Shown here piece by piece: positions 22,023-32,861 of a DNA stretch of 64,000 bases (the stretch's first letter is position 1; each line of letters starts with the position of its first letter). The notes beneath the pieces are model-generated. The model saw only the letters and a list, made by a program, of their open reading frames with translations. It was not told where the DNA came from and did not search any database. Source of the DNA: Craspedostauros australis (Eukaryota); NCBI GenBank assembly GCA_030167865.1, contig JALAGF010004012.1, positions 1-64,000 on the forward strand, written 5' to 3'. Position numbers and translations under genes: made by a program.

Positions 22023-25000
22023 ATGGTCCCGTTCGTCTCTGCAAAGTATGGTGCAGTCACTCACACAAAAGAAGACAGAGTGCGACGAAAGATGTCGCGG
22101 ATGAAGCCAGCCATCGATGAAGGCGGTGGCGGCCATGGCAGCCGCGTCATCTTCATCGATGAAGTCACCAACGACATTGACGGCGAAGATGAAGAACGCC
22201 AAGGTGAAGCCTGTGATGAACACAGATTTCATCCGCATGCCGTTGATGCAATCAACTGCTGCGGCCATCACATGAAATCGAAGTCGCTCTTCCGAAGCAA
22301 GGCATCGTGTCCGAGGATGCTGGGATCTGCAACAAATCCCATCGTCATCGACGGTGGTTCGTCTCGCGACACTGACCAACGTCGTTCACGCACTGAGGAT
22401 GGCTGTAACAACAGGATGGAGTGCATACTCGACCCTTCTGTGGTATCTGGCATCTCGGCTCTGACGTTGCCTTCAGAACTCGGACAGCTCCGCGCATTGG
22501 AACAGCATCACACCAGCGGCGGTCATGTTGGCGATGATGATGACAACACCGCAACAAGTAACCCAGCAACCATCGAAGCAGAACTTGAAAGGATCTCGTC
22601 TATGGATTCGTCGGTGCCATCGCATCGGTGTGGTCGTGATGGCTCAACCAAAGGCCAATACTGGACAACAGCATGGATATTCACATGCAAGATCTGCACA
22701 TGCTGCATACCTGAGGGGTGGATTCCTCGTTCGGACCCGACGTCACGTCAAGCATGGAGGTGCGTGTGGTTGGACGGTAGCGATCGTGCCATGTTCTTCT
22801 TATTGTATTCGTTTCCAACTGCATGACTCTGTGCATAACTACTCTCTAGTGCGTTGTCAATACGGCAATAGCCAAATTGCACCAACAACAACAAGTCTCA
22901 CCCCCATTCTCCATTGCATCTTGGAAATGCACGCCACTTGCATTCGATCGACTCGAAGCGCTCCATACTTCATACTATACGATACAAATACAAATGCAAA
23001 TGCTATGTTCACTTGCAGAGAGAAGGTAGCGACAGTTCTGCTTTGGTTCACAGCCTCGGCCTTATTCTTCTCTTTTCTCCTCTTCATCCCCAGGATCATG
23101 TGCAACGCAAGCTCGCCTCCACCCAATCCAATCTTCACGTTGGACGATATCTCCAAACATTCAAGAAAGGATGACCACACCTCGTTGGTGTCCATATTCG
23201 GTGCCGTGTACAACGTCACGTCTCTCTTCCAAACGCGTCTGCACTCTCACCTCGATGTCGAGACGTACCAAGGTTTAGATCTCTCGCATTTGTTTGCTCG
23301 CAAGAGGCTGGCAGATCTGCCCCCAGCATGCCTAGGATCGAGTGCTTCCTCTTCGATAATGGCGCTGTCGCCATCAATCCCTCTCGCAACGCGCGATGAG
23401 ATCGAATTGGATGACGGCCATCGCTGTGCTCCGTTCTCAACGCTGCAGCCGTCCTCCAGCACCAGTGGAGTCCAAGTCTGCCATGACACCATTCTGGGAA
23501 CCGAGGAGGTGCGAGGCATCATGGAACCGCACAAAGTCGGTGATCTTGTATTCCTGCCCGAGACCATGCTCCGAGATGGATTGGTGGATGGGTCCCAATA
23601 CATTGCTGTTGGTGGCCGTCTCTACAACGTCTCAGGCTATGTTACCTCTGCCATCACGGCGGAAGAATCGGACGAACAGGCGCAACAAACAGCTTTGTCT
23701 ACCGCACTCCATGAATTAATCATGGCCAACGTGAATCAGGATGCCACCTATGCCTACCGACGCAGCTTCTCCACGCCAACGCAGCGGGCATGCTTGGATG
23801 AAATGTTCTACATCGGTGATATTTATGGTGCTGACAGGGACCAGCATCGTGAGCACAAGGATTGTGCTGCCGGGGCGGATCTTGCATTCGTCCAATTCGC
23901 GACGCTGATGATACTGGTGCCTTTCATCGGACTTCACGTTGTATGCTCCTTGATCCATGCCTCCCGTCCGGTCACTGATCCTGCGGTATACTTTCATCAT
24001 CAGCGACGACGCAAGAAGCACAAGGCGCCAGGCGTGTTGGTCTTGGTCCCGTGCTACAACGAGAGTCATGAAGAGTTGAAGCGCACGATGGACAGTCTGC
24101 TGATGAGCAACTACGGCAGTTGCGGTAGCGACAGTTCGAGTCGGAACATGATTGCCGTCGTCATTGTGGATGGCATTGTTCCCACCCAAGGAGGTGAAAC
24201 CACGACGCCAGAAGTGCTGTCCAACTTGCTTGGATTTGAGTACGATCATACGAAGAGTTCGGCGCCATTGACAGGATCGTCACATGGGATGGAACACATC
24301 AACGAGTATGACACTGATTGCATCAACGAACACATGTATCAGTATCCGTATTCCTGTACAAGTGATGTCTTCACATATAACACGGTGTCCCTCCATGCTG
24401 GTCTGTACAAGAGCGATGCATTTGATGACTGTGGCAGCCGCAACAACAACAGCAACAACCGGGCGGGGAGAGCATTGCCATACGTCGTCATGATCAAACG
24501 AGGATGCATCGCAGAACAAACCACAGCTCGTGCTGGGAACCGTGGCAAGCGCGACAGCCAGCTGCTTTTGCTGCACATTTTGAACCGATTGAGCAGGGAA
24601 CGCCACGGCTGGACGCCGTTGGATCATCAATTCCAGCAAGTACTGGTTGATTATTTCGGCCTTTTCGTGAACGAGTTGCGCTACATGCTGGCTGTGGATG
24701 CCGATACGCGCTTGGCAACCGACGCTGTGTCGCATCTGGTATATCAGATGGAACACAATCCAAAGGCGCTGGCCTGCTGCGGAGAGACAGAAGTGGACAA
24801 CAAGTACGAATCGTGGGTGACGATGATTCAGGTCTTCGAGTACTACACAAGCCACCATCTGAAGAAGGCCTTCGAAAGCAGCTTCGGTTGCGTGACGTGC
24901 CTTCCTGGTTGTTTCTCAATGTACCGATTGTACCGTGACGATGATGAGAACAACGATGACAGCAATGGATATGATTATGACACCGACCCGAGTGGTAGAT

Positions 25001-25863
25001 CCAGCACTGAGATTGGAAGCGTGTCGCAGAGAATCCGCGCAAGACGGCAGCTGCTCATCAACGACACCATCTGCCGAGAGTACGGAGTCCAGAACTTGCA
25101 ATCGTTGCATGAGAAGAACCTTCTGGAACTCGGGGAGGATCGCATGCTGACCACGCTGCTGTTGAACTGCTTCCCGGACATGCAGCTCATCTTCGTCCCG
25201 GAATCCACCTGCTGGACCGCCGTGCCGCACAGCTTCACGGTGTTGCTGAGCCAACGCCGGCGATGGATCAACTCCACGTTGCACAACATGCTAGAGCTGC
25301 TCCTCCATACCAAGCAGATGTGCGGTACGTGGTGCTGCTCGATGAAGTTCATCGTGCTCTGCGATCTGGCCATGACGATCCTCATGCCAGCAGCGTACTT
25401 GTACTTCATGACGGTGGCGTTGCCTGTCATCGTGACCGGTCCGTTCGGTGAGGATAGCACCGGTGGTGGCGGTGGCGATGCTGTCGTAGTTCTCGTCATC
25501 CCAGCCATGCTCATGATACCCTTCATCTTCCGGGCTCAATGGGAGTACCTGTTCTGGTTCGGAATGTATGTTGTACTGGGCCTTGGTGTCTTCTACTTCA
25601 TATTGCCCATCTACGCCATCTGCAACATGGATGATCTAAGCTGGGGCAAGACGCGGGAGCTGATCGAAGGAGCAACGGGCGCAGATACTGACAAGGATTA
25701 CAAGAAAGGCAAACGTGGTGATGGGCAAGTGGGTGCAGGAAGCATCGTGGATTCGGAGGCAAGGAACAACAATCGATCGAGCTTGCAACCATCAACGACC
25801 GCCACATCCCGGTCTCTTTCAGATCGTTGGGAATGCAACGATATCTCGGTCGGTTCCATCTGA
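22023..25863 (+). CDS. CHS: Chitin synthase with cytochrome-b5-like domains, no myosin head (exons 22023-22759, 23019-25863; ~1193 aa)
   Basis: Intron 22760-23018 (GTGCGT...GCAG) rebuilds RQAWREKVA. Motifs VPCYNE, GNRGKRDSQ, VDADT, QVFEY..SHHLKKAFES.FG.VTCLPGCFSMYR, LGEDRMLT, QRRRWINST, DDLSWGKTR; b5-like VSIFGAVYNVT and IAVGGRLYNVS. Confidence 0.95.
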
Positions 25864-25868
25864 TGTTT

Positions 25869-25948
25869 GACTGGATTGGATTCGACTGGATAGGAAAGGA
25901 ATGGATTGGATTCGACTGAATTCGACTGGATTGGAAAGGATTGAATTC
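25869..25948. repeat. Degenerate pentamer repeat (GGATT/TCGAC/GGAAA units) immediately 3' of the chitin synthase stop
   Basis: gactggattggattcgactggataggaaaggaatggattggattcgactgaattcgactggattggaaaggattgaattc. Confidence 0.8.
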
Positions 25949-26796
25949 GGGTGGGGATGACCGAGCTGAAGCAGCACGTATTGAAGAGAAGCATCCGCTC
26001 ACGCAGAGGATGGACGGCCACAAGAAGAGCAAGTGCAAACAAGAGCATTGCAGCACCAACGAAGAGCACGTCACCCTACAATACCAACACAAAGAACCAA
26101 CGAATGATCATGCGATCATACAGATTATATTTCATAACACGAACGTGAGCAAGAGATAATGGACACGTAGTACACCGCATAGTACAAACCACCTTAATCT
26201 TACGAGCACGACGTGTACCCCTGTCAAATCCTGCGATACCATTTGCACGTGCTGTCACGGTGAATGATAAAGAATGGTCGTGCCATGGTCATGGTACACA
26301 CGCCATTAACATGGCGTATTCGTGCAAGTAGATATGGTGTTGTATTGTACTCTACGTTACATATCATACGTACTTGTAAGTATGCCGTTTGTGTGCAAGG
26401 TGTTGACGTTGATACGAGTACGATTATTGCTGCTTTTGTCGTTGTTGTTATGATTTTGTTCGGATCGAAACCTGTGGTGCCCTTCATCTTTTGTGCCGTG
26501 CTCATACACTGGAATGATGGGCATGGTGTGTGTCTGGTCGTGCAGAGCAGATCTGTATCGTGCGTAGGTGCGGCAGATACAGCACTCTGCCATACACAGT
26601 GCGGTGTTAAAGTTCAAGAGCACCGTGTTTGCATGTCCACGAAGGAAGTCAGACCAAATGCAGCAAGTATTTGGGATGCTTCCTCCTCGAGCCCACGAAC
26701 GAAGTTCGGCACGAACATGCACGCTTGCCTGCGTCGCGTTGTTGCTGTGTTTCCGCGCCGCGTGTTTTCCCAGTGTTGATACGAGCAGATGCTTGC

Positions 26797-29132
26797 CTAC
26801 TCCCCGCCGCCCGGAGCTGCGGTTGGCCCGCCAAGCGCATCCAAGGCCAGCTGGTAGGCATCGCGGCAATCCATATCCGATTCGGTCTCCAGCTGGGTCT
26901 CGAGTGCTGGCTTGACGGTGGTGTCGACGAAGGCCAGCTGGTTTTCCTCCCCGGCCTTCTTGACCGCCTCGATGACTTGCGCCAATCCCTTGCCGGCGAC
27001 CATTCTGACGTTGGCGACGCCGTCTGAGATTCCGCGCAGTAGCTGGAGCATGACATCATTCCACAACGAGCTTCCCTCCGGCGACGTTCCTGCGCATGCG
27101 ACGGCTGTGGCGGCATGGGCTTGCAGGATGGTGATGCGGATGAGGTAGCTGCCGTTGGCGGCGTGATTGTAAATCCGTACGTGCTGCGGTAATATCTGCT
27201 TGACGAGCCATTCCTGCCCAGCGGTTCGGACCAGGGTCTCCATGCCGCTGACGCATGCGGCGCGGACGCTGGCTACGGGGTCGAGGAGGAGTCCTAGCCA
27301 GCATGGTTCGAGGAGGACATTGGTGAAGAATTCTGCGCCGCGTGCCTGGCAGAGATGCGGGAGGAGACGACCGACGCCTTCCCTTACTCTCCAGTTGGTG
27401 GCGCCTGCCATGCTGAGGATGGTGCTGACGACGCCGTCCATGTCCTGCAGGAGGTGCGCGAGTTTGCCTAGGTTGTTGAGGACCTGCAGCTGCACCTCCT
27501 GGAAGTCGTCCTGCAGGAAAGATTCGAGGTAGGATCCGAAGGATTGGAGGATGAGGGTGTCTTCGAGGGTTCCGCCCTGCGACGAGTCCATGATGGCGAG
27601 GGCGCACTTACTTCGGATTTCCATGACGAGATCGTCGGCCAGGGTTGGGAGGAGGGGTTGGAGGTGGGATTGGAATAGTTCTGAGCCGCCCCAGTGGACC
27701 ATGGGTGCGAAATGTCCGACGGCTGCGGCACGGACCTCTGGTTCGACGTCGCTGAGGAGTGAGACGAAGCATGCCATGATCATGGTCTGGTCGGCCGCGT
27801 ATCTTGCGTCACCAGCGAAGCCCAGATTCTGCGCCACTTCAGAGAAGTGTTTCGAGAGATTGTGACGAACGCGCCTGTTGTGTGTGTGTGTGGTATGATG
27901 TGTGTGTGGCATAGCGTGGATGGTTGTGTTGTGACGGTGTGCAAGGGATGGGGATTGGATTGTTGCCGATGAGAAGAATTGGGTGAATTGTATGCATTGC
28001 ATGAATGTGTTGTTGTTAGAATCAAACGAGATGTGCCCCTGCAAAGTCCATTCCATAGAAGGGCAGTCCATATCAAAGTCCATTCCAAAGTCCACACCAA
28101 TGGAATTGAATTGAATGGATGTGATGTTTGTACTTACCAGCTCATGTCAGTGCTTCCAAGACGCACGAAGGGCGCAAAGTGCTCCTTGGTCCAATCGGGC
28201 GTGTTTGCGTAGGTGGGTCCGACATCCGCCAAGGTGGCAACGGCCAGCATGCGGACGGAATCCTGCTCATCCTGGCACAGGTTCGGCAGACAGATGGTGG
28301 CAAGTTCGTTTGCCGAGGCGCGCGACTGCTGACTGGCGTGCTTTCCGAGCTGCGCAAGGAGCTTGCCCAGGTTTTTGGAGGCCGCGCGTCGGACCATGGG
28401 CGTCTCGTCCTGACAGAGCTCGCGGTAGAGGTAGGGCAGCTCGGCGTGGTGCGTGACCTGGTAGAGGGTGGGGATCATGCCGGCGACGCTGACCTTGGGC
28501 GTGAACCAGTCCGCGGTGGTGCAGCGGCGCGCCATGCCCACGAGGGTCTGTGAGACGCTGGGCTCCACGAGCGGCGGCGGCGTGGTGGTGGGCGTGGGCT
28601 GGGCGGGCTGGGCGACGCTGCTGAGCTGCAGCTGCAGGGCGACGTGCTGCATGGTCTCCACGGCCTGGTCGCGCACGACGGTCTCCTCCACGGCCGCCAG
28701 GCGCTCGAGAATGGGGAGGAGGGTGAGCATCTGCTGCGGCGTGGAGAGGAGCGACGGCACCATGGCCTCGAGCTGCTTGCCCAGCATGAGGAGGATCTCG
28801 TCCTCCAGCACGACCTGCGCAGCGGCGGCTGCCTCCGCGGCTCCTGCGCCGGTGGCCGCCTGGCCCTGCTGCAGCACCAGGGACTGCAGGTACGGGATGA
28901 GCTGCCCCATGACCGCCTCATTATTTCCGCTCTCGCACATGGCGCGCGCAACCACCTGCAACCGCTTCATGGCGTCCACCTTGGCCTCCGTGGATCCTGA
29001 CGACATCTGCGACTGGAACAGGGCCAGCGGGGAGAGGTTGGGGATCTCATCGGCTGTTTGCGGCAGAGTGCGCGCCAACGTCATGCTGGGCGTTGGCGTC
29101 ACGCCGTTCATCTCGAAGCTCATGTTGGGCAT
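26797..29132 (-). CDS. PP2AA: Protein phosphatase 2A scaffold (A/65-kDa) subunit, HEAT repeats (exons 29132-28138, 27874-26797; ~690 aa)
   Basis: LERLAAVEETVVRDQAV, WFTPKVS, LCQDETPMVRRAAS, DEQDSVR, DMSW|RVR across the GTAAG...CAG intron 28137-27875, DVEPEVRAAA, NWRVR, YLIRITIL, VANVR. Confidence 0.93.
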
Positions 29133-30227
29133 CTTGTCTCTTGTCTGTTGTGGTCTGTTGGTGTTATGCTGTCTTTAGTTGGTGGTCTCTTGTGCTATGC
29201 TGTGGTCTCTTGTCTTGTGCTGATAGTCTACACTGGTGCCTCACACTATCTTGCTAACAATGTTCCTATCAGTGCTCCTATCAATGCTGCTCCTGCTGCT
29301 GGATGACCCTCGAAACCCCAACAAGACGCAAGCTCCAGCACTAAAGTCGGCAAGAAGGCTAGTCTGCGCGCAAATGTCCGCAAAGCACGAAACCTGAGGG
29401 GAATGTCTGTCTTGGTGCCTGTTGTTGCTGTTGCTGTTGCTGTTGGCGGCAATGGTGGTTGCTCCTCTCCGTGCGTTGGATTGGATCAATGAACCAGCTT
29501 ATGTTCTGCTGTCTCTCTTGTCTGTCTCCGGTGACGTTCTGTTGTTGCAAAGTCTATTACCGTGGGTGTTGGTGAGTGTTGTTACCGAGAGTCCAACTCT
29601 ACTCTGTCGTTGTTGCTGTTACTGTTGCTGTTGCTGTCGTTGTTACTCTCGCTGTTGCCCCTCGTGTGTGCGGTTGCGATACTTCTCCTCGCTGTCTTGG
29701 ATGTTGGCGTCGGATGTCTTCGTGCTCTCTCCATTGCCGATCCGCACCACGACGACGAACTCAACGCTACGCTGCAGTATCCTTCGCCACGGACAGAAAC
29801 AACACGGCACTGCGTACTGCGACGCAACGGACGCGAACAACCACGATGCCACCACCAAAAGATTAACAATGACGATGACCGAAACACGGTTCAAGAACAG
29901 ACGCAGCTCAAATCGAGTCGGATCATTCGAAAGTCGGGTCGTGCTCCTTGGCGCCAAAATCGGGTTTTCTTCCAGCCTGCGACCACGATGCGATTGTTGG
30001 TCGCGGTGGGCCTTGTTTGGTGTCCACGGCGAGGTCCACGATGGGTGTTGGACGCACGCTCCACACGATGCGAAAGCAAGCACATGGAATGGAACACTGA
30101 ATCGTGGAAACTCCCTGACACGCACGGCGCTTGTATTGGACTCGTTGCATCAGAGGCCGATTGTTCTGCTCTTGCACGCTCCACTCCATGCACATCACAT
30201 CACGGCGAATGCAAAAACACGTTTGTG

Positions 30228-32369
30228 ATGGATACGCCATGCAAGAGATGCAAGATAGGTGGTGCTGAACCTGCACACGCTGTCTTCGCAGGTGCCGACG
30301 GGATGAGTGGCAGCGAGGAGTCTGAATACGAGTACAACGAAGATGATGAAGATGATGATGATACGAATTGCAATCAAAGTACCATAAATCGCTCTGCAAC
30401 TGAGATATCTCGCATCATCGATCTGTGTTCCAACGAAAGAGCATCAAACATGGATGGCCATCTGAAAGAAGTGATGTCCGATCATCGAGATCATGACAAC
30501 GAAGATGTCTTTCATGATGATGGCGATCATGCCGATGATAGCGAACAGGAAGAGAGTGATGCAGAATCTTACATCTACGTGGACGAAGATGAACAGGACA
30601 ACAACAGCAATGCCAACAACGATGGTGATGCTGAATGCAATGCCCTGGTTGATCAGAGCGAAGCGCAACAATCAAGTATCCACACTGGGTCATCAACCGG
30701 CGGCCACGGCAACCTCCCATGTGATGGCGGGGCTGCTTCTGCTTTCGGTGCTTCATCATCTTGGCCAGTCGCCGTGAAGACTCATGGTGACGATGACCAT
30801 GACGATTACAAACCGGACACCACGAAAGATTCCAGCGTCTTCAAGGCAGAGAGGGCCCTCAACATGGCACAGAACCTTGCCTTCCGCATTCAGGCCATCC
30901 ACGACGAAGTCGTCGGAGGAAGCGGTGTCAAGGACAAATACCAAGACAAGGGCAAGGGTGTTGCCAGCAACACCAATAATGCCAGCCACGATGCCGGCTG
31001 GAATAGGACACTTGGTGGCGGCAACCACAGCCAACAAACCCCAATACCAAGGTCGGTGCATATCTCCAGGACAACGCACGCGCTCGCACCACCCCCTCCC
31101 GTTGACCTTGCGACCTTGGGAATCCAACCCTTCAAGAAGCTCGATCTCATCGTGTTGGCGCAGCGGTTGATCCATTGCCGCGACGAGTTCCGAAGGCAGA
31201 ACCGCCCGTTCCTCATCGACATTGGCTATCACTACACCGTCGGCCACAACCTGGATAAGATTGTCGATCACGGACTGCTCACCAAGTGCGACCGCGACAC
31301 GGAGGGCATCTGCAACAGGTTCAACGGCGCGGCCTACGGCAACGGCGTCTACACCTGCGACAACTTCGTCGGCACGACGAGCTACGGCGATATCGGTCTG
31401 GTCGTCGCACGTCTCCAAGGCACGCCCGAGTACGACCATCCAACGGACGCCGCAGCCAACACGGTAATCGTCCCAAAGAACGCGTACACGGTCCTCAAGA
31501 CATCGGCCCAGTGCTGCCCGCTGGTGCAGTACCCCACGTCGATGCTGCGACGATCCACGCAAGTGACGACCCTTCTGCACCGGTATCGCTGGAAGCTCCA
31601 GTGCTTGCTCGACGAGGTCTTCCACCAGGTGCCCTCCCCGGCCATCGAGCCACTGATGTCCAAAAAGGCCGGTTTTGAGTGTCCCGGCATCCCCCGGCGT
31701 TTCTTCATGGCGCTCGATGCGCTGGCGTACGATGCTCCCAAGAGGCTCAACGATTACATCCTTCCCGACATCTTTCGCGAGGTCACGGACATGAGCAGCC
31801 TCGACGAGGCTTCGCGAACGTGCTCCATGTGCCGAAGACCCACCGCCAACGCCCCATCCGTGTCCATGAGGTGCTGTTCCGAAGTGTGTCACAAGAAGTG
31901 CATCAGTAGCTGGTTCGACGGCCACCTGCATTGCCACAAGTGCAACAAAGCGGTGCCGACCACGATCGGCTCCATGCCCAACGGCACCATGATCGTGCAT
32001 CCTGATGATGCTCGCCCACAGAAGGGCACGGAGCCGTCTTGCCGAAGCGTGCGGATCGAGTACAGCATCGAGCGAGGCCATCAGAAGAGCTACCACCCGC
32101 ACCCCGGCAAATCATGGATCGGGGTGGCGAAATCCGCGGCCCTGCCGTACGTGACGGAGGAGGACAAGATGCGGCTGGGTAGATTGAAGTACGCCTTTCT
32201 GAATGGCCACGTCCTCATCCTCAAGGCGAATGCCTTCAAACACGTGACCATCGCGTGGGGCTCCATCCCGCATTTCGTGTCCGGCGTCGGACGCAACGAG
32301 CGGGACCTTGCGAGGATTGATGCGGCGCTGGACAACCTATGCATCCCCAACTTCGTCATGGAGGCTTGA
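30228..32369 (+). CDS. PARP-like ADP-ribosyltransferase domain + RING + Deltex C-terminal (DTC) domain protein (Deltex-like E3 ligase)
   Basis: ART-like DIGYHYT..NLDKIVDHGL..GAAYGNGVYTCD..SYG..ARLQG..AQCCPL (~31210-31535); RING CSMC..CCSEVCHKKCI..CHKC (~31820-31945); DTC GSMPNGTM..RIEYSI..GHQKSYHPHPG..RLKYAF..AWGSIPH. Start is 30228 or 30303; the ORF extension to 29562 does not look coding. Confidence 0.82.
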   Translation: MDTPCKRCKIGGAEPAHAVFAGADGMSGSEESEYEYNEDDEDDDDTNCNQSTINRSATEISRIIDLCSNERASNMDGHLKEVMSDHRDHDNEDVFHDDGDHADDSEQEESDAESYIYVDEDEQDNNSNANNDGDAECNALVDQSEAQQSSIHTGSSTGGHGNLPCDGGAASAFGASSSWPVAVKTHGDDDHDDYKPDTTKDSSVFKAERALNMAQNLAFRIQAIHDEVVGGSGVKDKYQDKGKGVASNTNNASHDAGWNRTLGGGNHSQQTPIPRSVHISRTTHALAPPPPVDLATLGIQPFKKLDLIVLAQRLIHCRDEFRRQNRPFLIDIGYHYTVGHNLDKIVDHGLLTKCDRDTEGICNRFNGAAYGNGVYTCDNFVGTTSYGDIGLVVARLQGTPEYDHPTDAAANTVIVPKNAYTVLKTSAQCCPLVQYPTSMLRRSTQVTTLLHRYRWKLQCLLDEVFHQVPSPAIEPLMSKKAGFECPGIPRRFFMALDALAYDAPKRLNDYILPDIFREVTDMSSLDEASRTCSMCRRPTANAPSVSMRCCSEVCHKKCISSWFDGHLHCHKCNKAVPTTIGSMPNGTMIVHPDDARPQKGTEPSCRSVRIEYSIERGHQKSYHPHPGKSWIGVAKSAALPYVTEEDKMRLGRLKYAFLNGHVLILKANAFKHVTIAWGSIPHFVSGVGRNERDLARIDAALDNLCIPNFVMEA

Positions 32370-32861
32370 GGTGTTGTCGCGCGCATCCCATCTGCGAGAA
32401 TAGAACGAAAATCATAAGGATAGAATCTGCATTGTACCGACGTGCGCTCCCATCACACTACCATTGTGCGATGTGGCGTGACGCTATATAGCACGTATTG
32501 TATGTATTGCTCTCTGCTCAACTTGTTGCGCTTTTGTTGCTTTCCTGTGTTGGCATCATCGGTGTGAGTGTACGATCTACTTGCGCTTACGCATCAGTAC
32601 GAGCAGGTGTGACATGTGCGCTGAAGATTTCGGAACACCCAAAAGATACCTCCACGTGGAATCAAGGCAAAGACGGTTCGTATCTTTGTGAAAGATCCAT
32701 CCAATAAATCTGCGCAGAGACGCAGCCAGCCAAGCCAGCAGACATCACATTGATTCTGTGGTGTGGACGACCCATGGCACAAACTATAACTCCAGAGCGT
32801 GGATGACAGTGCAGCTGCATCGCCCATCCATTGTTCAACGAGTAGGCGTACAATTGACAAC

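Noticed and set aside
22525-23018. N-terminus of the 1112-aa tracked chitin synthase ORF
   Set aside because: Wrong frame plus intron read-through; splicing to the 22023 exon restores RQAWREK
25869-25948. Short repeats as CRISPR or telomere
   Set aside because: No repeat-spacer structure, no cas genes, degenerate pentamers in a eukaryotic 3' region
29562-30227. Leu-rich N-terminal extension of the 935-aa ORF (apparent TM)
   Set aside because: Derived from (CTGTTG)n microsatellite in the divergent promoter/UTR; GTG start; not protein-like
30756-32102. 448-aa minus-strand ORF
   Set aside because: Antisense shadow of the GC3-rich ART-Deltex gene; no motifs
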